Origin: Minisyncoccia bacterium
GTDB taxonomy: Bacteria > Patescibacteriota > Minisyncoccia > Phycocordibacterales > UBA9973
Assembly: GCA_039809245.1 (NCBI GenBank)
Contig: JBDHUP010000003.1
Location: 41,069 to 105,068, forward strand
Direction: 5' to 3'
Length of the DNA: 64,000 nucleotides
The translations under genes were made by a program, and so were the position numbers. Under the pieces are notes generated by a model. That model did no database searches, was not told the DNA's origin, and worked only from the letters and a program-made list of their open reading frames with translations. Positions 9,557 through 19,042 of the stretch are shown piece by piece (the first letter of the stretch is position 1; every line of letters begins with the position of its first letter).

Positions 9557-10168
9557 TTAAAGATATTGTTTTACTCCATGAAATATACTTACTAAATCTA
9601 ATGATTCAGAATTATATTTATAAATTTGGAAAAGTGATTTATTTTGAACTTCTTCTATAAAAGGATATATCCTTTGGTTAAAAAGTTTCATCCTTTTATT
9701 AAATTCATTCTCATTAGTGTCGTCTCTCTTGAGCATTTCCTTATTATGAATTGGGCAAAGATCTCCTATCAATCCAGGGAAATTACAAATTGGGCAAACT
9801 ACTCTGCCAAAAAATCTTTTTCTTAAAATTTCTTCAGAAGCTTCAAGATATATACCAAAAATAATGTTGTATCCTTTTGAGAGTTCTGAATACTCTATTT
9901 CAGATATTGGATACCCTGAGATACTAGCTAATGGTTTACTACAATCATAATGGTTATTAATAAGCTTAAGATCGTCATCAGGATTTATTGGTAGATTTTT
10001 ATCAATGTTGTATTTTAGATTTTTCCCCAAAATTGATTCCTTTTGAATTTCTTCTCTTTTTATATCCCCAAATGATATATATGGTAATCCGAATTCTAAT
10101 TCTATTTTTTTGCCAAGAGAGCTTTTCCCAGAGGAGGTGTTTCCTAGGATTATAACTAGCTTTTTCAT
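9557..10168 (-). CDS. adenylate kinase-like NMP kinase with Zn-finger LID
   Basis: P-loop GNTSSGKSSLGKKI. LID RFFGRVVCPICNFPGL...CPIHNKEMLKRDDTNENEFNKRMKLF (compare AK GRRxHxxSGRxY...RxDDxxEtvxkRL). Sixteen nt upstream of the rSAM gene. Confidence 0.65.
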   Translation of the reverse strand: MKKLVIILGNTSSGKSSLGKKIELEFGLPYISFGDIKREEIQKESILGKNLKYNIDKNLPINPDDDLKLINNHYDCSKPLASISGYPISEIEYSELSKGYNIIFGIYLEASEEILRKRFFGRVVCPICNFPGLIGDLCPIHNKEMLKRDDTNENEFNKRMKLFNQRIYPFIEEVQNKSLFQIYKYNSESLDLVSIFHGVKQYL

Positions 10169-10225
10169 TGTATTTATTTTTTAAAGGGTTAGACTAATTT
10201 GATACTAATTTAACCACGAAAAATA

Positions 10226-10262
10226 AAATAAAGCAAGGGGTTGCTTGCCTTGCTTTATTTTA
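10226..10262 (-). terminator. hairpin terminator downstream of the DHS-like gene
   Basis: aaataaagcaagg / ccttgctttattt 13-bp stem with a 9-nt loop, flanked by A/T runs. Confidence 0.5.
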
Positions 10263-10274
10263 AACTTAATATGA

Positions 10275-11294
10275 CTATTTACTATACTTTTCTATTACTT
10301 TATTCGCCTCGTCAGGATTTGCTTTACATTCTAGGAGCGCAGTAAGCATCAAAGGTACTACGATAGTAGCATCAGATTCAATGACGAACATTGGAGTGTC
10401 TTTGGTAAGCTTATCCCAAGTAATCTTCTCGTTTGGAGTTGCTCCTGAGTATGAACCGTATGATGTGGTAGAGTCGGATATCTGACAGAAGTAAGCCCAA
10501 GGCTTCGCTTCTTGCTCCATATCGTACTTAAGAGATGGAACTACACATATAGGGAAATCCCCAGCGATACCTCCTCCGATTTGGAAGAATCCAATTCCCT
10601 CTCCACTTGAGAGTTCTTGATACTGATCGTAGAAAGCTCCCATGTATTCGATACCAGACTTTGCAATAGATGCACTTGCGTCACCCATCTTCACATGAGA
10701 AGCAAAAATATTTCCAAATGTTGAGTCTTCATATCCAGGTACAACTATTGGAAGGTTCATCTCGGCTGCTGCAAGTAACCAGCATTCATCAGCATTACCT
10801 TCGTGAGCTTCTTTATCTAAAGTCTGAATAAGATCATAGAAGTATTCATGCCAGAACTTGCGAGTACCTTCCTCTGTGGCTTTCTTCCAGACTGGAACTA
10901 TATGCTTCTCAACTGCTCGAAATGCTTCGTCTTCAGGAATACTAGTATCAGTCACTCGGCGCATACGATTCTCTAGAATCTTTGTATCATCTTCCTTTGT
11001 AAAGTATCTGTAATCAGGAAAATCTTTATAGCTATCATGAGCAACTAAACGGAAAAGTGACTCCTCAAGGTTCGCACCTGTCACAGACATACCGCTTATA
11101 AGTCCTGCACGGATTGCCGGAGCAAGGACAATGCCTAGCTGAGCAGAACTCATAGCTCCAGCTACAGCCCAGAACATCTTGCCTCCCTTCTCTGCATGAC
11201 GCCAGTACGCTATAAGTGCATCTCGAGTAGCACGAGCATTAAAGTTCTTGTAATTTTTTAATATAAATTCTAGTGTTGAAAGATTTTTTTGCAT
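10275..11294 (-). CDS. deoxyhypusine synthase-like protein (DHS / homospermidine synthase-like)
   Basis: 339 aa. DHS-family signatures FWAVAGAMSSAQLG, GANLEESLF and IGGGIAGDFPI, plus a NAD-binding glycine-rich C-terminal lobe. Confidence 0.7.
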   Translation of the reverse strand: MQKNLSTLEFILKNYKNFNARATRDALIAYWRHAEKGGKMFWAVAGAMSSAQLGIVLAPAIRAGLISGMSVTGANLEESLFRLVAHDSYKDFPDYRYFTKEDDTKILENRMRRVTDTSIPEDEAFRAVEKHIVPVWKKATEEGTRKFWHEYFYDLIQTLDKEAHEGNADECWLLAAAEMNLPIVVPGYEDSTFGNIFASHVKMGDASASIAKSGIEYMGAFYDQYQELSSGEGIGFFQIGGGIAGDFPICVVPSLKYDMEQEAKPWAYFCQISDSTTSYGSYSGATPNEKITWDKLTKDTPMFVIESDATIVVPLMLTALLECKANPDEANKVIEKYSK

Positions 11295-11336
11295 AAAGTT
11301 ATTTTAGCATTTTATCAATATGTAGCAAATTATAAA

Positions 11337-12716
11337 TTACCATCCAAAACCCTTACCGACATCATCAGGAGATTCGCGCTTACGAGCAACTACGATGTGC
11401 CCATTCTCAGCGATTAACTTAAGTGGAGATGAGAGCATGCAGTGGTGCATAGCAAGTGGATCTTGATAAGCCCCTGTATCGTAAACGACAACATACCTAG
11501 GCTCACCTGTTGCACTGTCATAGTCTGGTAAGGTTACAGTACCATCTATACCTGTATATATATCATCTGAATCACAGCTAGAACCAGCAAGCCATACATC
11601 TGTGAGGTCGCCATCGTGCTTATTATTTGCTGGTGAGACTGCCCATTTCTGACCTATAGCCCAAGTGTCGAGAAGATCATTCATAAAGCTTCCATCAATA
11701 ACGTACCACTTCTTCGCAGGACTCTTCTTGTTTGTGATTGCTTTCGTATCGATAATCTTGAAAACTGTTATCTGAGCTGGGGCTACGATGTAGCGACCCC
11801 ATTCACAGATTAGGTTTGGGTGTGATAGTCCTCTTTTCTCTGACTCTGTTTTTATAAGCTTTAAAATTTTCTCCATTAACTTATTCACTGGGTAGCTCTT
11901 GCTACGAGTGTAAGGTATCGGCATACCACCTCCGATATCTAGAGTATCGAGTGATGGATTCTTCTCCTTTAGTTTAAAGTAGACATCGAGCGCATATTTA
12001 ATCGGACCCATAACATCTGAAAGCTTCTCTATCTGTGAACCTATATGGTAATGCAAAATCTTAAGATTCTTAAATGAACCCATTTCAATGATTTCTTTTG
12101 CTGAGAATCCGAAGCGGTCAATCGGCTTGTTCCAGTATGAGCTTGCCTTGATCGGCATATCTAGACGAATACCAACGTCGTACTTGGAATATTGTAAAAA
12201 CTTAAGTTCATTTGGTCCTTCGATAAGTGGAAAGATTTTCACTCCTTTGTGCTGAAGGTCATCGATAAGGGAAATATATTTATCAGTCTTCGGTCCTGAG
12301 CATAGAATGCGAATGTTTGGATTGAAAGTCTCTTGCTCGAGCATCTTCTTCACAAGCCAAAGATCGTTATATGAAGAAGTCTCAAGATGTGCCCCTTCAC
12401 CGACTATAGCCATCACAACCTCCTTGTTCTGGTTTACTTTCATCGGATAGTGGTAGAAGAACTTGCCTTGATATTTGACCTTCTTTGATAAATCTTTAAC
12501 TAAGTCTAAGAAGTCCTCAAGACGCTCTTCAATAACAAAAGGCATCAGTATCTCAAGTGAGGTACCGAATTTCTCAGCCATATAGCGGACATTATAAATA
12601 TTGTGACCTTCCTTTATGATAAGGTCGCCATCTTTATTGAAATCAAAATATTGAGTATTAAATTCCTCTGCACCAATCTTCCAAAGCTTCTTTGAAGCGA
12701 CAGAACGTTTAGTCAT
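11337..12716 (-). CDS. speA: PLP-dependent decarboxylase, SpeA-type biosynthetic arginine decarboxylase-like (fold III)
   Basis: PLP-lysine motif FFYHYPMKVNQNKEVV (compare SpeA YFLVYPIKVNQ). LDIGGGMP glycine loop. N-terminal YNVRY (compare SpeA YNVAYW). 43 nt upstream of the DHS-like gene. Confidence 0.7.
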   Translation of the reverse strand: MTKRSVASKKLWKIGAEEFNTQYFDFNKDGDLIIKEGHNIYNVRYMAEKFGTSLEILMPFVIEERLEDFLDLVKDLSKKVKYQGKFFYHYPMKVNQNKEVVMAIVGEGAHLETSSYNDLWLVKKMLEQETFNPNIRILCSGPKTDKYISLIDDLQHKGVKIFPLIEGPNELKFLQYSKYDVGIRLDMPIKASSYWNKPIDRFGFSAKEIIEMGSFKNLKILHYHIGSQIEKLSDVMGPIKYALDVYFKLKEKNPSLDTLDIGGGMPIPYTRSKSYPVNKLMEKILKLIKTESEKRGLSHPNLICEWGRYIVAPAQITVFKIIDTKAITNKKSPAKKWYVIDGSFMNDLLDTWAIGQKWAVSPANNKHDGDLTDVWLAGSSCDSDDIYTGIDGTVTLPDYDSATGEPRYVVVYDTGAYQDPLAMHHCMLSSPLKLIAENGHIVVARKRESPDDVGKGFGW

Positions 12717-12815
12717 TTCATTACATCAAGCAAGACTTCCTGCCTGTGATAAATATTAATAAAGCCATAATAACAAACTGTGAGGATATGTAAAGGGTTT
12801 TAGTAAATAAACGAA

Positions 12816-12857
12816 AAGAACCTAATCCTCTACTATTGATAGAGAATTAGGTTCTTA
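12816..12857 (-). terminator. hairpin terminator
   Basis: aagaacctaat...attaggttctt 11-bp outer stem with an inner ctcta/tagag stem, T-rich 3' side on the minus strand. Confidence 0.45.
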
Positions 12858-12862
12858 TTTTG

Positions 12863-13075
12863 TTATTTAGTTAGATCCTTTGTTGTTAAGTAATACCATA
12901 GAAGTTTTGGCCAACCAAAAATTGTCTTAATTCTTTCTTTACGGCTTGGATGATCACCATCTGATAAACTTAGTAAAAATCCTATTCCTAAATAAATTGT
13001 TACTGCTATACATAGAAGTAATATTGCAAGAATTAGTAATATTTTAACTTCCATACTGGTTAGTAATATAATCAT
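12863..13075 (-). CDS. hypothetical small membrane protein
   Basis: 70 aa ORF with one long hydrophobic segment LLILAILLLCIAVTIYLGIGFLL. No recognised motif. Confidence 0.3.
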   Translation of the reverse strand: MIILLTSMEVKILLILAILLLCIAVTIYLGIGFLLSLSDGDHPSRKERIKTIFGWPKLLWYYLTTKDLTK

Positions 13076-13163
13076 TTTTTAGTTTTTTTATTGAGTTTAA
13101 ACAATATTTTAAAATCAATAGTAGCAAAACTACAGAATATGTAAATAGAAAAAGAGAGGATAA

Positions 13164-14237
13164 CTATATCCCCTCTTCTTTCAACTTATTTATGAGCTCT
13201 TTGGCGCTCTTTGAGATCTTCTTCGGCATCTCTATTCGAACTCGGATTATGATGTCGCCTCGGCCTCGGCCAGATGGTACACCTTTACCTTTGACTCTTA
13301 GAAGTTCGTTATGGTTGATACCTTCTGGAATCTTCACTTCCATAACATTACCTTCCAGTGTCTTTAATTTATAAGTCATTCCAAGTAATGCATCTGAGAG
13401 TTTGATTGGTAAGTCGAGAGTAAGGTTTAAACCATCGCGTCTGAATGTCGGATGAGATCTGACATTAATCTTGATATATAAATCTCCAGCTTGGCCGCCT
13501 TGGATAGCTTCACCCATGCCAGTCATGCGGACCATTTCACCGGCGTTAATACCGGCTGGAATATTCACAGTTATCTCCTCTTGCTTGTTGCGGACTCCTT
13601 TGCCATGACATTCACTACACTTCTCGGCTGGAACCTTTCCTTGGCCATGACAAGTGTCGCAAGTCTTCCTTGTCTCAAATGTCCCCAAGATTGAGCGCTT
13701 CATCTCGCGTATCTGACCATTACCGTTACATGTCTTACATGTGTCCATCTTCGTGCCTGGCTTGCCTCCTGTACCTTTACAGATATCACAAACTGACTGC
13801 TTCGAAAGAAGAATGGTACGAGTCACTCCAAAGACAGATTCCTCAAATGACAAATCTATCTCGGTTGAAATATCCCTACCTCTTTTAGCTTGGCTTCTGC
13901 GTCCACCTCCACCAAAAAAGTCTCCGAAGATATCTCCAAGGTCACCCATGTCAAACTCCACTCCACCTTGTCCAGAGAAATCGAAACCTCCAAAACCTCC
14001 TCCTCCTTGTCCAGGATTAAAGCCTTGTGGGCCATCGGCACCGAAGCGATCGTACTGAGCACGCTTCTGGTCGTCGGAAAGAGTCTGGTAAGCTTGGTTC
14101 ACTTCCTTGAACTTCGAATCATCTCCCTTGTTCTTATCAGGGTGGTACTTATGTGCGAGCTTATGATAGGCCTTCTTCAGTTCATCCTTCGATGCACCTT
14201 TCTGCACGCCTAATATTTCGTAGTAATCTTTTGCCAT
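13164..14237 (-). CDS. dnaJ: chaperone DnaJ
   Basis: J-domain YYEILGV...YHPDKN, G/F-rich linker, four CxxCxGxG zinc-finger repeats. Confidence 0.95.
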   Translation of the reverse strand: MAKDYYEILGVQKGASKDELKKAYHKLAHKYHPDKNKGDDSKFKEVNQAYQTLSDDQKRAQYDRFGADGPQGFNPGQGGGGFGGFDFSGQGGVEFDMGDLGDIFGDFFGGGGRRSQAKRGRDISTEIDLSFEESVFGVTRTILLSKQSVCDICKGTGGKPGTKMDTCKTCNGNGQIREMKRSILGTFETRKTCDTCHGQGKVPAEKCSECHGKGVRNKQEEITVNIPAGINAGEMVRMTGMGEAIQGGQAGDLYIKINVRSHPTFRRDGLNLTLDLPIKLSDALLGMTYKLKTLEGNVMEVKIPEGINHNELLRVKGKGVPSGRGRGDIIIRVRIEMPKKISKSAKELINKLKEEGI

Positions 14238-14257
14238 AAAATTATATTAACATAATT

Positions 14258-16156
14258 TTATTTATTATCTGGATTTTCGTTTACTTCAGCGTCTTTGATT
14301 TCTTCAGATTGAGTTTCGGCTGTAGTGTTCTCGCCTTCTTTTGGCGCTTCACCTTTCTTTGCCATTTCTTCACCAATCTTTGAGAGTTCAGCTGTTAGAG
14401 CTTCAAGTGAAGACTTGATAGCATCAATATCTGTTCCTTCCTTTGCAGTTTTCACCGCTGCTATTTTTTCTTCAACAGAAGCTTTCAATTCTGGTGCAAC
14501 TTTGTCGCCGTATTCTTTTAGAGATTTCTCAGCAGAGAAGATCATCATTTCAGCTGTATTCTTCTCATCAACAAGAGCTTTCTTCTTCGCATCTTCGTCG
14601 GCGTGAGTTTCGGCTTCTTCTTGCATACGCTTGATGTCGGTATCTGTAAGACCAGATGAAGCTTCGATACGGATAGATTGCTCTTTACCACTTGCTTTAT
14701 CTTTAGCTTTCACATTTAAGATTCCGTTAGCATCCACATCGAAAGTCACTTCCACCTGAGGCATACCTCGTGGTGCTGGTGGAATACCATCTAGGATAAA
14801 TCGCCCTAGAGATTTGTTATCAGAAGCCATTGGGCGCTCACCTTGAGTGATATGAATCTCTACAGAAGTCTGATTATCAGCAGCTGTTGAGAACACTTGG
14901 CTCTTAGAGCTTGGGATGGTTGTATTGCGCTCTACGAGCTTTGTAGCCACGCCTCCGAGGGTCTCTATACCGAGTGATAGTGGAATCACATCAAGTAGTA
15001 GGACATCCTTCACATCACCTTGTAGAACTCCCGCTTGAACAGCTGCACCAAGTGCCACCACTTCATCTGGGTTGATAGAACGGTTCGGTTCTTTACCTCC
15101 AAATAGCTTCTTCACAGCTTCTACGATAGCTGGCATGCGAGTCTGACCTCCAACCATTATGATTTCATTTATTTCACTCATTTTAAATGGTGAAGCTTCC
15201 ATTGCGCGCTTGGTGATCTCGATTGAGCGAGTCACATATTCTTCAGCAAGAGATTCAAGAGTCGCACGAGTCATCTTAAGTAGTAAGTGCTGAGGTCCTG
15301 CATCTGTAGAAGTTATGAATGGAATATTTATTTCTGTTTCAGCTGTTGTTGAGAGTTCAATCTTAGCTTTCTCAGCTGCTTCATCTAGACGCTGAAGAGC
15401 TAGAGGATCTTTTGTCACATCGACGCCTGATTCTTTTTTAAACTGTTCAGCGATCCAAGATATAATCTTCTGGTCGATATCGCGACCTCCCATGTGTGAG
15501 TCACCATCTGTAGATTTCACTTCGATCACATCGTTTGAGACTTCAAGAACAGATACATCAAATGTTCCACCACCGAAGTCATAGACTACGATCTTCTCAT
15601 CTTTCTTTGTATTAAATCCGTACGCAAGTGCGGCTGCTGTCGGCTCGTTGATGATACGCTTCACATCAAGACCTGCGATCTGGCCTGCGTCCTTTGTCGC
15701 TTTTCTTTGAGCATCGTTGAAGTATGCTGGAACTGTAATGATCGCTTCTGTAATTTTCTCTCCAAGCTTTGCTTCGACATCAGCTTTAATCTTGGCAAGG
15801 ATCATCGCTGAGATTTCCTCTGGGCGCTTCCACTCATTGTTTAAGCTAACTTCTACTCCGCCATCTTTACCTTTTTGTGTTTTGAATGGATTTGTCTTTT
15901 GACTCTTCTGGATTTCTGGATCGTCGAACATATGACCCATGAAGCGCTTGATACCGTAGATGGTATTGGCAGGGTTTGTCACTGCTTGGCGCTTCGCAAG
16001 GAGGCCGACAAGACGGTCGCCATTCTTACCTACTGCCACGATAGATGGAGTAGTCCTCTGACCTTCTATATTCTCTATAATTTTTGGTTGGCCACCTTCG
16101 ATGATAGCTACTGCACTGTTTGTTGTACCTAAATCTATTCCTATTATTTTTGACAT
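14258..16156 (-). CDS. dnaK: chaperone DnaK (Hsp70)
   Basis: [34 protein letters not shown]. 632 aa. Confidence 0.97.
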   Translation of the reverse strand: MSKIIGIDLGTTNSAVAIIEGGQPKIIENIEGQRTTPSIVAVGKNGDRLVGLLAKRQAVTNPANTIYGIKRFMGHMFDDPEIQKSQKTNPFKTQKGKDGGVEVSLNNEWKRPEEISAMILAKIKADVEAKLGEKITEAIITVPAYFNDAQRKATKDAGQIAGLDVKRIINEPTAAALAYGFNTKKDEKIVVYDFGGGTFDVSVLEVSNDVIEVKSTDGDSHMGGRDIDQKIISWIAEQFKKESGVDVTKDPLALQRLDEAAEKAKIELSTTAETEINIPFITSTDAGPQHLLLKMTRATLESLAEEYVTRSIEITKRAMEASPFKMSEINEIIMVGGQTRMPAIVEAVKKLFGGKEPNRSINPDEVVALGAAVQAGVLQGDVKDVLLLDVIPLSLGIETLGGVATKLVERNTTIPSSKSQVFSTAADNQTSVEIHITQGERPMASDNKSLGRFILDGIPPAPRGMPQVEVTFDVDANGILNVKAKDKASGKEQSIRIEASSGLTDTDIKRMQEEAETHADEDAKKKALVDEKNTAEMMIFSAEKSLKEYGDKVAPELKASVEEKIAAVKTAKEGTDIDAIKSSLEALTAELSKIGEEMAKKGEAPKEGENTTAETQSEEIKDAEVNENPDNK

Positions 16157-16268
16157 ATTTTTTACTTAGCGAAGCAAATTATTTTATTTCTGAGCGGTCT
16201 GGTGACTTCCCCCGAGGACCCGAAGAAAGAATATAATTTGCGTAGCGTTTATAATAAATTAATAATAA

Positions 16269-16535
16269 TTACTTTTTTAAATCTGACGACTGGAGTGGAC
16301 TCGGGATTGGTGGAACTGACATGTCGATAACTCCATTTTGCTTTTCATAATTCTTGATATGGTTATCCAAGAATATCGCAATATCTTTCATAACTCGTGG
16401 AGTTGTCGCGAATACATCCATATTATTTCCAGAAGTAATTCCGAAATAAAAGATGTCCTTGTTGAAAGCTCCAATCGCTCCATCACAGAACTTCTTTGGT
16501 AACTGATTAAAATCTATTTTTGTTGGGTCTATCAT
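16269..16535 (-). CDS. hypothetical protein (possibly DUF3467-like)
   Basis: 88 aa ORF upstream of dnaK on the same strand. Only a weak resemblance to small conserved hypothetical proteins. Confidence 0.35.
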   Translation of the reverse strand: MIDPTKIDFNQLPKKFCDGAIGAFNKDIFYFGITSGNNMDVFATTPRVMKDIAIFLDNHIKNYEKQNGVIDMSVPPIPSPLQSSDLKK

Positions 16536-16631
16536 ATATTTTTCTACTTAATTTAATAATTTTCGATTTCTGAAGTTATTATATACCTATCGTTTATTTT
16601 TGACAAGTATTTCGTGACCACAAAAAGTATG

Positions 16632-16659
16632 TTGATATTATATTTGTAGCTGATATAAT
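16632..16659 (+). promoter_or_regulatory. sigma70-like promoter TTGATA-N16-TATAAT ending 6 nt before the ATG (leaderless-type)
   Basis: ttgata at 16632-16637, tataat at 16654-16659, ATG at 16666. Confidence 0.45.
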
Positions 16660-16665
16660 GTCAAT

Positions 16666-17214
16666 ATGGCTAAAAAACCATCAATCCAAAAGGCAATACT
16701 CAAAAGCATCTCTCGAAAGAAAGCTATTACCCTAGAAACAGTTAAAAATGACCTAAAAGAGGCTATTTTAGCTGAAAATGAAGGGCAGAAAGGCACATAT
16801 GCCATTACTCGGTCTATCAAGAATCTCCTTTCTGATGGGCTTATAGAGGCCTTTAATTCAGAGCATAAACAGTATTTCCGCCTGACTAATGATGGTAAGC
16901 ATAAACTCAATAATATCGCCCTTGAAGCTGAAGGTGGACTAGTATCTACCAAGTGGGATGGCTATTGGAGAATGGTTCTCCTTGACCTTCCAGAAGAACG
17001 CAAGAGCGAACGAGAAGCTCTCCGCTACTTGCTCAAGAAAGCCGGATTCATATGTATTAAGAATTCTGTCTGGATATCGATGTACCCTTTCGAGCACCTA
17101 TTCACAAATATAAAAAAAGATCTCGGCCTGACGACAGAGATGATGATAATAGTGACAGATAAAATAGATAAAGAAACCGAAGATTCATTCTTTCAATTAG
17201 TAAACCAAAAATAA
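16666..17214 (+). CDS. PaaX-family-like transcriptional regulator (winged-helix N-term, PaaX C-terminal-like domain)
   Basis: WDGYWRMVLLDLPEERKSEREALRYLLKKAGFICIKNSVWIS matches the PaaX C-domain signature WDGxWxxVxxxxPExxRxxRxxLrxxLxxxGFxxLxxSVWI. Confidence 0.5.
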   Translation: MAKKPSIQKAILKSISRKKAITLETVKNDLKEAILAENEGQKGTYAITRSIKNLLSDGLIEAFNSEHKQYFRLTNDGKHKLNNIALEAEGGLVSTKWDGYWRMVLLDLPEERKSEREALRYLLKKAGFICIKNSVWISMYPFEHLFTNIKKDLGLTTEMMIIVTDKIDKETEDSFFQLVNQK

Positions 17215-17232
17215 AACTCCATTTCTGGAGTT

Positions 17233-17829
17233 TTATTTTTTATATTCATATATATTTACTCTGGCTGGGCGGACTACCCTCTCGCCTATTTTGTATCCGG
17301 CTTGGATTATTTTTTCTATGGTATGATCTTTTGATTCATCATCAGTTGGAATACTTTCGATAGACTGATGTAGATTCGGATCAAAAGGAACTCCAACTTT
17401 ATCAATCTTTTCAACTCCAGAATCAGAAAGACTTGAGATGAATTGCTGGTAGATGTACTCCACACCCGTGCGCCAATTCTTATCGACTTTCTCCCATGAT
17501 TCTTTGTTCGCAAATGCCATATCGAAGCTATCGAGAGCTGGAAGTAAATTCTCTACCATTTTCTCTTTTGTAAGTATTGCCGCACTCTTGCGAACTTGAT
17601 CCATTTCTTTCTGTAGGTTCACATAGTCAGCTTTTGCTCTCTGCCAACCAGTCAGGTACTCTTCTTTATCAGCGCGGGCTTGCTTCAGATCATCGCGAAG
17701 CTTCTTCGCTACATCTTTCGTAGGCAGCGCGTCTCCATCCTCTGTACTAGGAACAACCTCGACATCTTCAAATGCCTCCATCATTTCATCTTTTAAATTT
17801 TTCTTATTTTCTTCATTAGTATCACTCAT
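17233..17829 (-). CDS. grpE: nucleotide exchange factor GrpE
   Basis: Coiled-coil N-terminus, LLPALDSFDMA (compare LLPVLDNLERA), FDPNLHQSIESIP...YKIGERVVRPARVNI. Confidence 0.9.
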   Translation of the reverse strand: MSDTNEENKKNLKDEMMEAFEDVEVVPSTEDGDALPTKDVAKKLRDDLKQARADKEEYLTGWQRAKADYVNLQKEMDQVRKSAAILTKEKMVENLLPALDSFDMAFANKESWEKVDKNWRTGVEYIYQQFISSLSDSGVEKIDKVGVPFDPNLHQSIESIPTDDESKDHTIEKIIQAGYKIGERVVRPARVNIYEYKK

Positions 17830-17844
17830 ATGGCTGTATAATAA

Positions 17845-17873
17845 ACAAAAAACCAGATTCTCGCAAATCTGAT
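17845..17873 (-). terminator. rho-independent terminator after rpsI
   Basis: cagatt-ctcgca-aatctg hairpin followed on the minus strand by a T6 run. Confidence 0.55.
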
Positions 17874-17886
17874 TTTTTGAAATATA

Positions 17887-18297
17887 TTAACGCTTAGACC
17901 ATTGTGGAGATTTACGAGCTTTCTTAAGACCGAATTTCTTACGTTCAACTTGACGAGGATCACGCTTAAGCATTTTCGCTTTTTTAAGTGGTGTACGTAG
18001 TTCTGTATCAAATAGGACAAGAGCACGTGAGATACCGTGGCGAACAGCTTCAGCTTGAGCATGAGAACCACCTCCACGTGTAGTAACTATTACTTCGAAC
18101 TTCTCAGAAGGTGTTGCAGTTTCAAATGCACCTGTAACGATCTTCTTAAGTTCTGCTGTTGGGAAGTATACAGATAGTTCTTTACCATTTATATCATAAG
18201 TAGTCTTTGATGCCTTTATAAGCTTAACTACCGCAGTAGCAGTCTTACGGCGACCAATTGCTCTAAAATATTCTTTTGTTGATGTTTTCTTTTCCAT
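17887..18297 (-). CDS. rpsI: 30S ribosomal protein S9
   Basis: GRRKTATAVVKL...TRGGGSHAQAEAVRHGISRAL...LKRDPRQVERKKFGLKKARKSPQWSKR. Start placed at the internal MEKK (18297) rather than the extended ORF. Confidence 0.9.
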   Translation of the reverse strand: MEKKTSTKEYFRAIGRRKTATAVVKLIKASKTTYDINGKELSVYFPTAELKKIVTGAFETATPSEKFEVIVTTRGGGSHAQAEAVRHGISRALVLFDTELRTPLKKAKMLKRDPRQVERKKFGLKKARKSPQWSKR

Positions 18298-18311
18298 ATT
18301 ATTTCTATATT

Positions 18312-18662
18312 TTATTCGGTAATTGTTAAGCGCTTCATCATTAAAGGGCGTAGTTTGTTTGTCGGAAGCATACCGTAAACAGCAAGCTCGTATAGACCCT
18401 TCCAACCTTTCTTATCTACTATCTTCTGATTTGTCTTCTGTTTAAATCCACCTGGGTAGCCAGAATAAGTCTCATGAAGAGTCTCAGTCATGCGGCGCTC
18501 TGACATTTTTGTCTTTGCTGCATTTGTTATATAAACTCGAACATCAGCGACTTGGTTCGCTACATATTCCGGTGAATTCTTACCCATAAGAGCCTTGGCT
18601 GCAGCACTTGCTACTCTTCCAAAAGTCTTACCACTTGCGTCAATTGTATGTGTTGTTGCCAT
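18312..18662 (-). CDS. rplM: 50S ribosomal protein L13
   Basis: THTIDASGKTFGRVASAAAKALMGKN...PGGFKQ. Short 116 aa form. Confidence 0.85.
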   Translation of the reverse strand: MATTHTIDASGKTFGRVASAAAKALMGKNSPEYVANQVADVRVYITNAAKTKMSERRMTETLHETYSGYPGGFKQKTNQKIVDKKGWKGLYELAVYGMLPTNKLRPLMMKRLTITE

Positions 18663-18666
18663 AATA

Positions 18667-19020
18667 TTATATAAATTCGATTACTGCCATTTTACTTGCA
18701 TCACCTGCACGACGTGGGAGCTTAGTAATACGTGTATATCCACCTGCTTGACCTTTATATTTCGGAGCAATAGTGTCTATAAGTTTACTTGCTTCTGCTG
18801 TTAAATTATAAAGTCTTGAAATAACTAAGCGTCGTGATGCAAGTGTACCGACATTTGCCTTTGTTACAAGCTTCTCTATAGCAGGGCGAAGTTCTTTAGC
18901 TTTTGCTTCAGTAGTCTCGATACGACCATGCGCAATAAGAGAAAGCATTAAACCTTTAAGTAAAGCTTCTCTCTGATTCTTTGTTCTTCCAAATTTTCTT
19001 ACTACGCTGTGGTGTCTCAT
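18667..19020 (-). CDS. rplQ: 50S ribosomal protein L17
   Basis: MRHHSVVRKFGRTKNQREALLKGL...GGYTRITKLPRRAGDASKMAVIEF. Confidence 0.9.
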   Translation of the reverse strand: MRHHSVVRKFGRTKNQREALLKGLMLSLIAHGRIETTEAKAKELRPAIEKLVTKANVGTLASRRLVISRLYNLTAEASKLIDTIAPKYKGQAGGYTRITKLPRRAGDASKMAVIEFI

Positions 19021-19042
19021 AAAATATATACTGAATTATTAA

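Noticed and set aside
16157-17886. CIRCE (TTAGCACTC-N9-GAGTGCTAA) heat-shock operator upstream of dnaK or grpE
   Set aside because: I searched both intergenic regions by eye and found no match or near match. The only GC-rich element there (16191-16230) is not an inverted repeat.
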